NCBI GenBank assembly: GCA_015231795.1
Contig: JADGAX010000002.1
Span: forward strand, 593,067-657,066
Length of the DNA stretch: 64,000 nucleotides
From: Alphaproteobacteria bacterium
GTDB taxonomy: Bacteria > Pseudomonadota > Alphaproteobacteria > Rhodospirillales > WMHbin7
Direction: 5' to 3'
The stretch's first letter is position 1. Each line of letters starts with the position of its first letter. The notes below the pieces were generated by a model that saw nothing but the letters and a program-made list of their open reading frames with translations, was not told where the DNA came from and did no database searches. Of the stretch, positions 37,880 through 46,708 are shown in pieces. The position numbers and the translations under genes are program-made.

Positions 37880-37880
37880 T

Positions 37881-39761
37881 TTATGCCTCGCCTTCGCTGG
37901 CGGGCAGGGTGAAGTAGAAGGTCGATCCCTGGCCCAGGGCTGATTCCAGCCACATGCGCCCGCCATGGCGTTCGATGACGCGACGGCACAGGGACAGGCC
38001 GATGCCTTCGCCGGTTGCGTGGCTGGGCGGGCTTAGTCGCCTGAAAACCTGGAAGACGTCGCTGGCGTAGCGCGGATCGATGCCGATTCCGTTGTCCTTG
38101 ACCGAGATCATCCATTCGCCGTCGCGCCGTTCGGCGGCAATCCTGATCGCGGGCCTTGCGCCTTGGCTGCGGAATTTCAGGGCATTGTCGATCAGGTTTC
38201 GAAAGACGTCGGCGATCTGCTCGGCGTTCACAAAAGCCTTGGGCAGGAAATTCACCTCGATTTCGGCCTGGGTCAGCCTGATCTGTTCGCGCAGCATGTC
38301 GAAGGCCCTCTTGGCCAGCAGGTCAAGATCGACCATCTCGCGATTCGCGACGCCCTCGCCGATGCGCGCATATTCTTGCAAACCTTCGACTTGAATCTGC
38401 ATCCGTCTGGCGGCGGCCACCAGATAGCCCAGGTAATCTTTGATTTCCTTGTCATAGGAATTGCTGAGATGACGCTCGAGCAGTTGCGAGAAGCTGACGA
38501 TGCTGCGCACCGGTTCGGCCAGGTCGTGGGCGGCGGCGTGGGTGAAGCGTTCAAGCTCGCTGTTGGTTTCCATCAGCCGCTCGACGGTGACGGCCAAGGA
38601 ATGCCTGGCGACCGCGCGCTCGGTAATGTCTTCCTGGGAAACGATCACGCGGTCCAGCCGAGTGCGGCTGGCGGGCAGAACCAGCCAATGGATCAGGACG
38701 TCGCGCGTCTCGCCGGTCAGGGTCTTGACCTCGCTTTCGAAGGCCAGTTCGTTCTTGCCGCTCCAGATGGCCATCAGTTCCAATTTGAACCCGCGCAGCG
38801 AGGCGGGCGTGAATATCCGAGACAGATCGCCCAGCAATTCCGATTTGCTGGCCGCGCCATGCATGCGAAGGGTGGCGTTGTTCACATCGATGACGCGGAT
38901 CAAGGAGGCGCATTCATGAATGAAATTCGGATGGGCCTCGATATAGGCTTCAAGATTGTCGGTTTGGGCGCGAAGCTCCTCAAGCCGCTCCTTCAATGGC
39001 GAAAAGTCCTCTTCCCACAGGGCGATCGGCGAATAGGTGAACAATTCTCGGTAACGTTCCTCGCTGGCCTTCAACTCGGCGACGTTCTTGTTCAGCGCCG
39101 CCTGCATTTCTGCCAAGGTGCGCACCAGAAGGCCGAATTCGTTTTGCGCGTGCTGCATTTCCAGGTCACTTAGAATGGCCGTTTCTTCCTGGCCTTTGCC
39201 CAAGCGGTGCGCGAAAAGGGTCAACTTGCCCAAGGGAGCGGCGATCAGTCCACGCAAGATGGCGTAGAGATAGGCCGACGCCGCCAGCACCAAAAGCAGA
39301 TTGGCCAGCCCGAAAACAAGGGCGTTCTCGACGGCCTTGTCCTTGATGTGCGCGTCGGTGGCATGGACCAGCAAAGTGCCGATGACCAATTCCCGGTCCT
39401 TGTAGCGCTTGACCAAGGGAAAGCTGCGACTGAAGACGGCGCCGTCTCTGGGGACGCCGGCCTGGCTCAGCTTGGCGCCTCCGGGATCATGCACTTCAAC
39501 GTGGACGACGTTGGGCAGACGGCCGATGCCCATGACGAGAAGGGAAAGCCGGTCCCTGTCTTCCAGCCAGGCGGTTTCGGTCAGGCTGCCCAGATATCCT
39601 TCCTCGATCTGGGTGAAGACCTCCTCGATCTTGCGCGATTCGTCGCGATATTCGATGAAGACGGCGGCGAAGGTGGCCATGAGCGCGAACAGACCGCTGA
39701 CCAAGGCCAGACGAAGCATCAACTGGCGGGCGACCGACTTTTGAACAGGCGAGAGCTGCAT
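37881..39761 (-). CDS. Membrane sensor histidine kinase (periplasmic domain-HAMP-PAS-HisKA-HATPase; Cph1-like transmitter)
   Basis: Two TM helices, YRELFTYSPIALWEEDFS (PAS), AAHDLAEPVR, FRNLIDNALKF, DNGIGI and GEGIGLSLC. Confidence 0.88.
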   Translation of the reverse strand: MQLSPVQKSVARQLMLRLALVSGLFALMATFAAVFIEYRDESRKIEEVFTQIEEGYLGSLTETAWLEDRDRLSLLVMGIGRLPNVVHVEVHDPGGAKLSQAGVPRDGAVFSRSFPLVKRYKDRELVIGTLLVHATDAHIKDKAVENALVFGLANLLLVLAASAYLYAILRGLIAAPLGKLTLFAHRLGKGQEETAILSDLEMQHAQNEFGLLVRTLAEMQAALNKNVAELKASEERYRELFTYSPIALWEEDFSPLKERLEELRAQTDNLEAYIEAHPNFIHECASLIRVIDVNNATLRMHGAASKSELLGDLSRIFTPASLRGFKLELMAIWSGKNELAFESEVKTLTGETRDVLIHWLVLPASRTRLDRVIVSQEDITERAVARHSLAVTVERLMETNSELERFTHAAAHDLAEPVRSIVSFSQLLERHLSNSYDKEIKDYLGYLVAAARRMQIQVEGLQEYARIGEGVANREMVDLDLLAKRAFDMLREQIRLTQAEIEVNFLPKAFVNAEQIADVFRNLIDNALKFRSQGARPAIRIAAERRDGEWMISVKDNGIGIDPRYASDVFQVFRRLSPPSHATGEGIGLSLCRRVIERHGGRMWLESALGQGSTFYFTLPASEGEA

Positions 39762-39768
39762 AGACACT

Positions 39769-40566
39769 CTAGGGCTCCAGGCGCGGCGGCTGACCCAGCC
39801 CTTTGAAGGCTTCCCGGGCAATGGCCTGATAACTGCCATCCGCCTTCATGGCGGCCAGCTCCCTGGCGAGTTCGGGCGCCAGGGCGGCATGTTTGCGATT
39901 GAGATAGATGAACATCGGCACGCGAGCCAGCGGCGGCTCCGAAACGACGAGTTTCAGCCCGCTCTGGCGGGCCTGCCACAGGGCCTGCCAGCGCTCGTGC
40001 AAGGCCAGATCCACTTTTTCCGCCTTCAGCAAGGCGAAAAGCTGTTCGGCATCCTTGGCCAGCAGCAATTCGCGGGCGGGCTTCAGGTTTTTGTCGAAAA
40101 TCTGCCAGCCGATAATGTAGCTGACGCGATAGGGGGCGATGCTGTCCCAACTGGCGGTCTTGGGGGCGCCGCTTAGGCCGCAAGCAACGAAATCGTTGAT
40201 GAAGATGGGTTCTTGCACCCTGACCAAGTTGGAGAACTTCGCCTCAAGCCCTTCGACCCGGGCGGCGATGCCGTCATCGACGCCGTCGTCGGCCAGGGTG
40301 ATGGCGCGTCCCGACGCCTTGTTGACGACCAGTTCGGCATCGATGTTGAGGCGCTTGAACAATTTGGGGATCAGGATGTCGGTAAAGCCCTTGCGATCTG
40401 CCGTCGTCCACGGTTCGGCCATGCCGGTGGACAGGGTCAGGCGCGCCTGGGCCAGCGCCGCATTCGCAAATCCCAAGGTCAGAACCACCGCCGCCATGCC
40501 CATGAACAAGGTCACGGCTTGGCGACGACTTGAGTCCTGCCTCGTCTTGGGACGGGCATGCGGCAT
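39769..40566 (-). CDS. Periplasmic substrate-binding protein (family 3-like), upstream of the kinase
   Basis: Signal peptide, DGIAARVEGL, VSYIIGWQIF, LFALLKAEKVDLAL and YLNRKH...LAAMKADGSY. Ends 7 nt before the kinase start. Confidence 0.75.
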   Translation of the reverse strand: MPHARPKTRQDSSRRQAVTLFMGMAAVVLTLGFANAALAQARLTLSTGMAEPWTTADRKGFTDILIPKLFKRLNIDAELVVNKASGRAITLADDGVDDGIAARVEGLEAKFSNLVRVQEPIFINDFVACGLSGAPKTASWDSIAPYRVSYIIGWQIFDKNLKPARELLLAKDAEQLFALLKAEKVDLALHERWQALWQARQSGLKLVVSEPPLARVPMFIYLNRKHAALAPELARELAAMKADGSYQAIAREAFKGLGQPPRLEP

Positions 40567-40710
40567 GGCGAAAGTTCCTCATCAATCGATGATCAGATGT
40601 TTACAGTTTACGCCCTCCTGGGGCGGAGACAAAAAGAAAAGAAGGTTATAATCGGGCAAAAACAGGCCTTGACGGGCGGTTGGCGCATTCTTGGTCAGGC
40701 CGCATTATGG

Positions 40711-42186
40711 TCAGGACATGGGCGTGGCGATGTCTTCGCCAGTCAGCAGGCTTAGCTGTTCGCGCGACGGATTGGCGATGGCGGCCAAGCGATTGGCTTG
40801 GCGGGTCAACGACGCTTCGAAGGCGTTGCGCGCCGTTCGCCCATTGCCGAAATGCCGATCTCGGCCCTTATGCAGCTTGGCGAACATGTCCAGGGCCTTT
40901 TGTCGGGCCTCCGCATCCAGTTTGTAGCCGCCGTCATGGGACAGTTTCTCGAAAATCTCGAGCAGTTCCGGCGGGCTGTAATCGGGAAAGTCGAAGTAGC
41001 GCGAGAAACGCGAGCGCAGGCCCGGATTGGCCTCGATGAAGGTTCGCATCGGCTGGGGATATCCGGCGGCGATCACGGCTAGGTCGGCCCTTTGATCCTC
41101 CATCGACTTCAGAAGCACGGCAATCGCTTCCGAGCCGAAATCGTTCGAGGTTCCCTCCTTGGCCAGGGCATAGGCCTCGTCGATGAACAAGATGCCGCCC
41201 TTGGCCTTGTCGATGGCTTCGCGCGTTTTTACCTCCGTCTGGCCGATATACTGGCCGACCAAGCCGGAACGGTCGGTCTCGATCAACGTGCCGGTGGACA
41301 GAATGCCCATATGGGCGTAGATGCGGCCCAGCAGGCGGGCCACCGTCGTCTTGCCGGTGCCGGGATTGCCGGTGAAGACCAGATGCAGCGAAACGGCGGG
41401 CGCCGGCAGGCCTTGCTCCAGGCGCAATTGCCGGATGCGCAGCAAGTTGATCATGGTGCCCACTTCTTCCTTGATGTTGCCAAGGCCGATCAGGGCCTCC
41501 AACTCGGCCCGGCAGGCGTCGAGATTGTCGGGAGGCTTGACTGGGGCGGCTGGGGCGGCAGGCGTCGCGGCATGATTCTCCACAATCTTGCGCTTGCCAA
41601 AAACCGGCCGGGGCTTGCCATACACATCCAAAACTGGCGGCGGGGCGAGGCTGTCGTTGGAAAAGGGCGGAGGAGGAGGGGGCTGGGGCTTGTCCGGCCC
41701 CAGAATGGCGGCGGCGACGCTGCGAATCCTAGCGATGTAAGCCGTCAGGGCTTTGGTTTCGATTTCCGACACTTGGTCGTCGGCGGCCAGGGCCAGCAAG
41801 CCGATGGTCTCGAAGGCCTCGATCATGCGCTTGGCGACGCCTTCGCGGCTCTTCTGATCCATCTGGATGGCGCATTCGACCAGCAGCGGCACTTGTTGAG
41901 AAAAACCGTTCAGCGTTTTCGCGTGCACCTGCATTTGGTTGGTCAGGGAGACGACCGACTCCTGGCGTCCCAGCACGGCATTAAGGAAAGAAACTTCGCC
42001 GGGATGAATGACGCCGTCGGTCGAAAACAGCCAGACCGTGAAGAACAGGATGTCGGTTTCGACGAGTTGCTCGGGCGTTGGCCTTGCGGCAAAGGGCACC
42101 CAGCAGCCTGCGGCCTCAAGGCGCTTGGCATCGGCAAGCGCCTGCTTCACCAAATAAGCGGCTTGTTGGGCGAGATGGGCCGTCAT
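40711..42186 (-). CDS. CbbX/SpoVK/EccA-clade AAA+ ATPase with an N-terminal TerB-like domain and Pro-rich linker
   Basis: LIGLGNIKEEV, VFTGNPGTGKTTVARL, LVGQYIGQT, LFIDEAYAL, NPGLRSRF and FGNGRTARN. N-terminal STDGVIHPGE and AADDQVSEIE motifs. Confidence 0.85.
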   Translation of the reverse strand: MTAHLAQQAAYLVKQALADAKRLEAAGCWVPFAARPTPEQLVETDILFFTVWLFSTDGVIHPGEVSFLNAVLGRQESVVSLTNQMQVHAKTLNGFSQQVPLLVECAIQMDQKSREGVAKRMIEAFETIGLLALAADDQVSEIETKALTAYIARIRSVAAAILGPDKPQPPPPPPFSNDSLAPPPVLDVYGKPRPVFGKRKIVENHAATPAAPAAPVKPPDNLDACRAELEALIGLGNIKEEVGTMINLLRIRQLRLEQGLPAPAVSLHLVFTGNPGTGKTTVARLLGRIYAHMGILSTGTLIETDRSGLVGQYIGQTEVKTREAIDKAKGGILFIDEAYALAKEGTSNDFGSEAIAVLLKSMEDQRADLAVIAAGYPQPMRTFIEANPGLRSRFSRYFDFPDYSPPELLEIFEKLSHDGGYKLDAEARQKALDMFAKLHKGRDRHFGNGRTARNAFEASLTRQANRLAAIANPSREQLSLLTGEDIATPMS

Positions 42187-42271
42187 GGTTGCACCGCGGC
42201 TTTTGTGAACTGTGGCCAGTCTGCTGGTTTCGCCGCTGGCCTGCAACTGGCCAAAGTCAAGCGCTTGGTAA

Positions 42272-42925
42272 TTAGCTTTTGATGAGCGCGGCCAGGGCGG
42301 GCGCTTTCAAGATGCGCACGTTGCCCCGCTTGGTTTCGATCCAGCCCTGCTTGGCCATCCGTCCCAGCAGACGGGCCACTACTTCGCGCGTGGTGCCGAT
42401 ATGTCCGGCGATCTCCTGCTGCGTCATGCCAACGGCGCATTCCGCCGAGGCATGCAGCAGCAGAAAACTGGCCAGCCGCTGATCCAGCGTATGGGAATGC
42501 ACCTGTTCGAGTTCCCCCATCAGGCGAAAGACCAGCGTCGAAAGGGCTTCCACGGTCAGGCCCTGAACCGATGGTTCGCTTTCGAACAAGCTGCGATAGA
42601 CCGGGCCGGGCACGACGGCGACGGTGGTCGCCCTTTCGGTCTGCACCCAGGCCGGATAGAGCAAGCGGTTGAACAGGCTGTTGAGGGCCAGGATGCAGGT
42701 CTCGCCGGGTTCGATCAGATACAAGGTGGCCTCGCGCCCCGCTGGCGTATAGGTGAAGACGCGCAACCGGCCTTCCAGCACGAAATAGGCGCCCGAGACA
42801 TTCTGGCCCTTGTCGATGATGACGTTGCCGCCCTTGAACCGGTGCGTGGCCGCACCCTGTTTCAGCAGGGCCTTTCCCTTCTCGGAAAGGGCGCGGAACG
42901 CGGCCACCTTGTCCAACCCAGCCAT
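42272..42925 (-). CDS. Crp/Fnr-family transcriptional regulator (no FNR Cys cluster)
   Basis: FVLEGRLRVF, REATLYLIEPGE and HTH TQQEIAGHIGTTREVVARLL. GGAGG RBS before ATG 42925. Confidence 0.9.
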   Translation of the reverse strand: MAGLDKVAAFRALSEKGKALLKQGAATHRFKGGNVIIDKGQNVSGAYFVLEGRLRVFTYTPAGREATLYLIEPGETCILALNSLFNRLLYPAWVQTERATTVAVVPGPVYRSLFESEPSVQGLTVEALSTLVFRLMGELEQVHSHTLDQRLASFLLLHASAECAVGMTQQEIAGHIGTTREVVARLLGRMAKQGWIETKRGNVRILKAPALAALIKS

Positions 42926-42972
42926 GGGCCTCCCCCTCTTCCAAATGGAATTGGGGGATGATAGGCCGATCA

Positions 42973-44256
42973 CTATCTGCGCGCCAGCTTTGGCGTCAGC
43001 CGATCGGAACTTAGGGCGGTCAGAAAGGCGGCCAGGTCATCGATATCCTGGCGGCTTAGATATTTCTGGCCAGGCTTGGGCGCTCGCCCACTGCCTTCGA
43101 TCACGGCGTTCAACTGGGCTTCGGCCATTACCCGCACGGCCTCTTTCAGGTCGGACACGGCGCCATTGTGAAAATAGGGCGCGGTCAGGGCGACGTTGCG
43201 CAGACTGGGAATGCGCCAGATGCCATTGGGGCTGTCCTTGGGGGCCTTGCCCTTGTCCTCGCCTAGACGGTATTTGGCGGCCAAGGGGCTGCGCGAGGCC
43301 ATCAGATAGCGGTCGGAAGCGAAAGGCGGGAACAGGCTGGCCTGGCTGAAATTGGGTCCCGAATGGCAGGTGATGCAACCGGCGCTGCGAAACAAGGCCA
43401 TGCCGCGCTTTTGATCGGGCGCCAGCGCGTCGCCGTCGCCATGCATGAAACGATCAAAGGGGGCGTCGGGGGTGATCAGCGTGCGTTCATAGCTGGCGAT
43501 GGCCTTGGCGATGGCGTCGATGCCGATGGGGGCGCTTTCACCGAAGGCCCTGGCGAAAGCGTCGCGGTAGCTTTCATCCGCACGCACCCGCATTGCTACC
43601 GCCTCCAGGCTGGGCATGCCCATTTCGCCAAGATTGACCGGCGGCCCCTTGGCCTGTTCTTCCAAGGAAGATGCGCGTCCATCCCAGAACTGCACCGCCT
43701 GGAAGGCGGCGTTCCATACGGTAGGCGCGTTCCTGGGGCCGATCTGGCTGTTGATGCCCAGCGCCGTCGCCCGGCCATCGGCGCCCGCCTTGCCGGACAC
43801 GTCATGGCACGAGGCGCAGGCGACAGTCCGGTCAAGGGACAGGTTGGGGTCGAAAAACAGGCGCTCGCCCAGTGCCGCCTTTTCTTGCGTCAACGGATTG
43901 TCGGCGGGCGCGGGGGCCGCATCGGGCAAGGCTTGCCAGCCAAGGCGCAGGCGCATATCCTCGGACGCTTTGTCCTCGCCTTCCGGCATGGCCTCATGGG
44001 CCAGATGCGCGATCAAGGGGGTGACGGTCACTTGCGGGGCCTGCGACAGGGCCAGGATGATGACCAGCTTCAGCGTCAGAACGATGGCGCCAGCGCCCAG
44101 GCCAGCGCCCAGGAACCAGCGCCCGCCGCCGGACAGGGCATTCTGGAACTTGGCCGTGGGGGCCAGATCGCGCCCGACGATCAGAAACAGCCCCAATCCC
44201 GCCGCAAAGATCAGGAACAGCATATAGGTCAGCAATTCGCCCAGATTGGCGTTCAT
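42973..44256 (-). CDS. Di-heme cytochrome c peroxidase family protein with an N-terminal membrane anchor
   Basis: LGERLFFDPNLS, CASCH, RNAPTVWNA, QFWDGRA, CITCH, PSLRNVALTAPYFHNG and AVRVM. Two N-terminal hydrophobic helices. Confidence 0.88.
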   Translation of the reverse strand: MNANLGELLTYMLFLIFAAGLGLFLIVGRDLAPTAKFQNALSGGGRWFLGAGLGAGAIVLTLKLVIILALSQAPQVTVTPLIAHLAHEAMPEGEDKASEDMRLRLGWQALPDAAPAPADNPLTQEKAALGERLFFDPNLSLDRTVACASCHDVSGKAGADGRATALGINSQIGPRNAPTVWNAAFQAVQFWDGRASSLEEQAKGPPVNLGEMGMPSLEAVAMRVRADESYRDAFARAFGESAPIGIDAIAKAIASYERTLITPDAPFDRFMHGDGDALAPDQKRGMALFRSAGCITCHSGPNFSQASLFPPFASDRYLMASRSPLAAKYRLGEDKGKAPKDSPNGIWRIPSLRNVALTAPYFHNGAVSDLKEAVRVMAEAQLNAVIEGSGRAPKPGQKYLSRQDIDDLAAFLTALSSDRLTPKLARR

Positions 44257-44284
44257 GGGGCTGCTCCAACAAGACGGGGATGGA

Positions 44285-44596
44285 TCAGGCTGCTTCGGCC
44301 TGGCGCATGAAGAAGGTGTCCGACGGGCTGGCGGTTTCGATTTCGGTGATCGAATCGAAGGGCAGGCCCATCCGTTCATGGGCCCGCTTCACGGCCAGGG
44401 CGTCGGGGGCCATGGTCAGGCAGAAGGCGCGGCCGGCCTCAAGGCCGACATGGCTGCGGACCAGGAACACCCCTTCGGCCCGGCAGGCCTCCTCAAAGGC
44501 GACCATGAAGCCCTCGAACTGTTCGCGGGAAAGCTGGCCGGGAAAGCTATTCTTGGATTTGTCGTGGGTATCGAGGAAGAATTTCAAACGTTGCAT
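44285..44596 (-). CDS. DUF4242 (SCO4226-like, putative nickel-binding) protein
   Basis: FFLDTH, GRAFCLTMAPDALAVKRAHERMGLPFDSITEI. GGAGA RBS before ATG 44596. Confidence 0.75.
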   Translation of the reverse strand: MQRLKFFLDTHDKSKNSFPGQLSREQFEGFMVAFEEACRAEGVFLVRSHVGLEAGRAFCLTMAPDALAVKRAHERMGLPFDSITEIETASPSDTFFMRQAEAA

Positions 44597-44631
44597 GACA
44601 GTCTCCGGCATCATAGTGGATCGATGCCGAA

Positions 44632-44675
44632 AGCCTATGCTCCTGCGACAAGCTGGGTCTGTAGCTTAGGATACA
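44632..44675 (-). promoter_or_regulatory. Crp-family operator TGTA-N8-TACA with a downstream -10 (class II promoter geometry)
   Basis: TGTAGCTTAGGATACA at 44660-44675. Minus-strand -10 TAGGCT at 44637-44632 places the operator centre at about -42. Confidence 0.6.
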
Positions 44676-44681
44676 AAGCAT

Positions 44682-44706
44682 AAAAAAAACCCGGCCAAGC
44701 CGGGTT
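44682..44706 (-). terminator. Intrinsic terminator after the tRNA
   Basis: AACCCGGC-TTG-GCCGGGTT stem running into a T8 tract on the minus strand. Confidence 0.85.
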
Positions 44707-44718
44707 CTATCGGGCATT

Positions 44719-44793
44719 TGGTAGCGGGGGAGGGATTTGAACCCCCGACCAAGGGATTATGATTCCCCTGCTCTACCACTGAGCTACCCCGCC
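44719..44793 (-). tRNA. tRNA-Met (CAU), probably elongator
   Basis: GGCGGGGTAGCTCAGTGGTAGAGCAGGGGAATCATAATCCCTTGGTCGGGGGTTCAAATCCCTCCCCCGCTACCA folds as a 75-nt cloverleaf with encoded CCA. The G1-U72 pair (no C1:A72 mismatch) argues against initiator; G4:C69 argues against Ile2. Confidence 0.95.
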
Positions 44794-44818
44794 AGAACCA
44801 CTAGAATGTGGGAGGGGC

Positions 44819-44847
44819 CTAATAGCCCGTGGGCCGCCGCCTGTCAA
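44819..44847 (-). promoter_or_regulatory. Sigma70 promoter of the tRNA
   Basis: TTGACA-N17-TATTAG followed by a GC-rich discriminator. Confidence 0.7.
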
Positions 44848-44960
44848 GACAGGCCATGACGGTTTGGGGTCAATCCTTTTGCCGACTTGCTATTTATTAA
44901 CGCTAAGGCGTAGTCTTTCTTCAAGAAAGTCGGGTCAAGACCTGCAAGGGAGAGCCGGGC

Positions 44961-45539
44961 ATGATAGAAATCCGCATTCACGGTCGAGGCGGCCAGGGCA
45001 ACGTGGTGGCCGCCTATGTCCTGGCTGGCGCCGCTTTCGAGGAGGGCAAACGTTGCCAAGCCTTTCCCAATTTCGGCGCCGAGCGCCGCGGCGCTCCGGT
45101 GGTGGCCTTCGTGCGCATTTCCGAGAAACCCATCCTGCGCCGCTGTCAGGTCGAGGCGCCGGGCTTCCTTTTGATCCAAGACGAAAGCCTTTTGCACATC
45201 CCCTCGGTGCTGGAAGGATTGAAAGACAAGGGCGGAATTCTGGTCAACTCGTTGAAAAGCAGCGAGGAATTGACCAAGGAATATGGCCGCCCCATGGTGG
45301 CGCTGGCGGGCAGCCAGATGGCCGCCGAGATCGTGGGCAAGCCGCTGGCCAATGTCGCCCTGCTCTCGGCCTTCCTGACCCTGACCGGCCTTTTGCCGCT
45401 GGACGCCCTGAAAAAGGCGCTCTCCAAGCGCTTCAGGGGCGAGGTGCTGGACAAGAACCTGAAATTGATCGACGAGGTGGGAAGCCATGTGACGGCTGAC
45501 CTGTGGAAGAAGGAGGCCAAGCATGTTGCATGCGCTTGA
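44961..45539 (+). CDS. 2-oxoacid:acceptor oxidoreductase gamma subunit
   Basis: IEIRIHGRGGQG, FPNFGAERRGAPV and ANVALL. Confidence 0.9.
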   Translation: MIEIRIHGRGGQGNVVAAYVLAGAAFEEGKRCQAFPNFGAERRGAPVVAFVRISEKPILRRCQVEAPGFLLIQDESLLHIPSVLEGLKDKGGILVNSLKSSEELTKEYGRPMVALAGSQMAAEIVGKPLANVALLSAFLTLTGLLPLDALKKALSKRFRGEVLDKNLKLIDEVGSHVTADLWKKEAKHVACA

Positions 45540-46695
45540 AGGTTCGCAGGCCATCGCCCAGGCGGTGGCGCTGTGCCGCCCCGCCGTGGTGGCCGCCTAT
45601 CCGATCACACCCCAAACCCATATCGTCGAGAACATCTCGAAGCTGGTCGCCGACGGCAAGCTGAAATGCGAATTCGTCAGCGTGGAAAGCGAATTCTCGG
45701 CCGCTTCGGTGGTGCTGGGTTCGGCCGCCACGGGGGCGCGTTCCTACACCGCCTCGTCCTCGCAGGGCATTCTGCTGATGGCCGAAGTGCTGTTCGACAT
45801 CGCGGGCATGCGTCTGCCCATGGTGCTGACCTGCGCCAACCGCGCCATCTCGGCCCCGATCAACATCTGGAACGACCATCAAGACGCCATGACGGTGCGC
45901 GATTCGGGGTGGATCCAGCTTTACTGCGCCGACAACCAGGAAGCCATCGACACCACCATCCAGGCCTTCCGCATCTCGGAACGCACCGAATTGCCGGTCA
46001 TGGTCTGCGTGGACGGTTTCGTCCTGACGCATACGCTGGAAGTGGTGGACATGCCCACGGCCGAAGAGGTCGATTCCTACCTGCCGCCCTTTACCTTCAA
46101 GAACAAGCTGGACCCCAAACATCCCTTAAGCCTGGGCACGCTGGTGGGGCCGGAATACTACACCGAGGCCCGCTATTCCCTGCACAGAGCACTTGAAAAA
46201 GCGCTGCCCGAAATTGAATCGGCGGATGCCGATTGGGCCAAGATTTGCGGGCGCGCTTCGGGCGGCCTGCTGACCGTCGATGGCCCGGAAAGCGCCACCA
46301 TTGGCGTGCTGGCCATGGGGTCGGTGGTCTCCACCCTGACCGAAGCCAACGAGATTCTGCCCGGCAAGAAGCGGGTCAAGCTGATGAAGCTCAGGGCCTT
46401 CCGACCCTTCCCAGCCGAAGCGCTGCGCCAAGCCTGCGCGGGCTTGAAGGAACTGATCGTGCTGGAACGCGCCTTCTCGCCCGGTTGCGGCGGCATTCTG
46501 GGCACCGAAGTGCGGGCCGCGCTGGCTGGCATGGCAAAGCCGCCCGCCGTGCGCAATTTCGCGGTGGGGCTGGGCGGGCGCGACATTCCGCTGGGCACAC
46601 TGTCGAAATTGCTCGACGCCGCCAAGGCGCAGGGCAACCAGGGCTTTTCCATCCTTGACGTGGAGCCGGAACGGCTCCCGCCTGAAGACCGCTGA
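45523..46695 (+). CDS. 2-oxoacid:acceptor oxidoreductase alpha subunit
   Basis: AYPITPQTH, VESEFSA, TASSSQG, ANRA and LRAFRPFP. Confidence 0.9.
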   Translation: MLHALEGSQAIAQAVALCRPAVVAAYPITPQTHIVENISKLVADGKLKCEFVSVESEFSAASVVLGSAATGARSYTASSSQGILLMAEVLFDIAGMRLPMVLTCANRAISAPINIWNDHQDAMTVRDSGWIQLYCADNQEAIDTTIQAFRISERTELPVMVCVDGFVLTHTLEVVDMPTAEEVDSYLPPFTFKNKLDPKHPLSLGTLVGPEYYTEARYSLHRALEKALPEIESADADWAKICGRASGGLLTVDGPESATIGVLAMGSVVSTLTEANEILPGKKRVKLMKLRAFRPFPAEALRQACAGLKELIVLERAFSPGCGGILGTEVRAALAGMAKPPAVRNFAVGLGGRDIPLGTLSKLLDAAKAQGNQGFSILDVEPERLPPEDR

Positions 46696-46708
46696 GGAGG
46701 CCCTAGTC

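Noticed and set aside
40711-42186. Rubisco activase CbbX implying carbon fixation
   Set aside because: No cbb genes are in the window, and the protein has an extra N-terminal domain not found in CbbX.
42973-44256. MauG (methylamine utilisation) assignment
   Set aside because: There are no mau genes nearby, and the C-terminal AVRVM Met fits peroxidase-type rather than MauG Tyr ligation.
37881-44793. Genomic island integrated at the tRNA-Met 3' end
   Set aside because: Accessory genes do lie downstream of the tRNA. However, I found no integrase, no duplicated tRNA 3' end by eye, and no clear GC shift, and the tRNA has its own terminator. A BLASTN of the last 20 nt would settle it.
44719-44793. 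tRNA-Ile2 or initiator tRNA-fMet
   Set aside because: There is no C1:A72 mismatch or GGG/CCC run at the bottom of the anticodon stem (initiator features), and the acceptor stem lacks C4:G69/C5:G68 (Ile2/TilS features).
44887-44900. FNR-like box TTGCT-N4-ATTAA upstream of the oxidoreductase operon
   Set aside because: It has two mismatches, and it is better explained as the -35 of TTGCTA-N18-TAGTCT.
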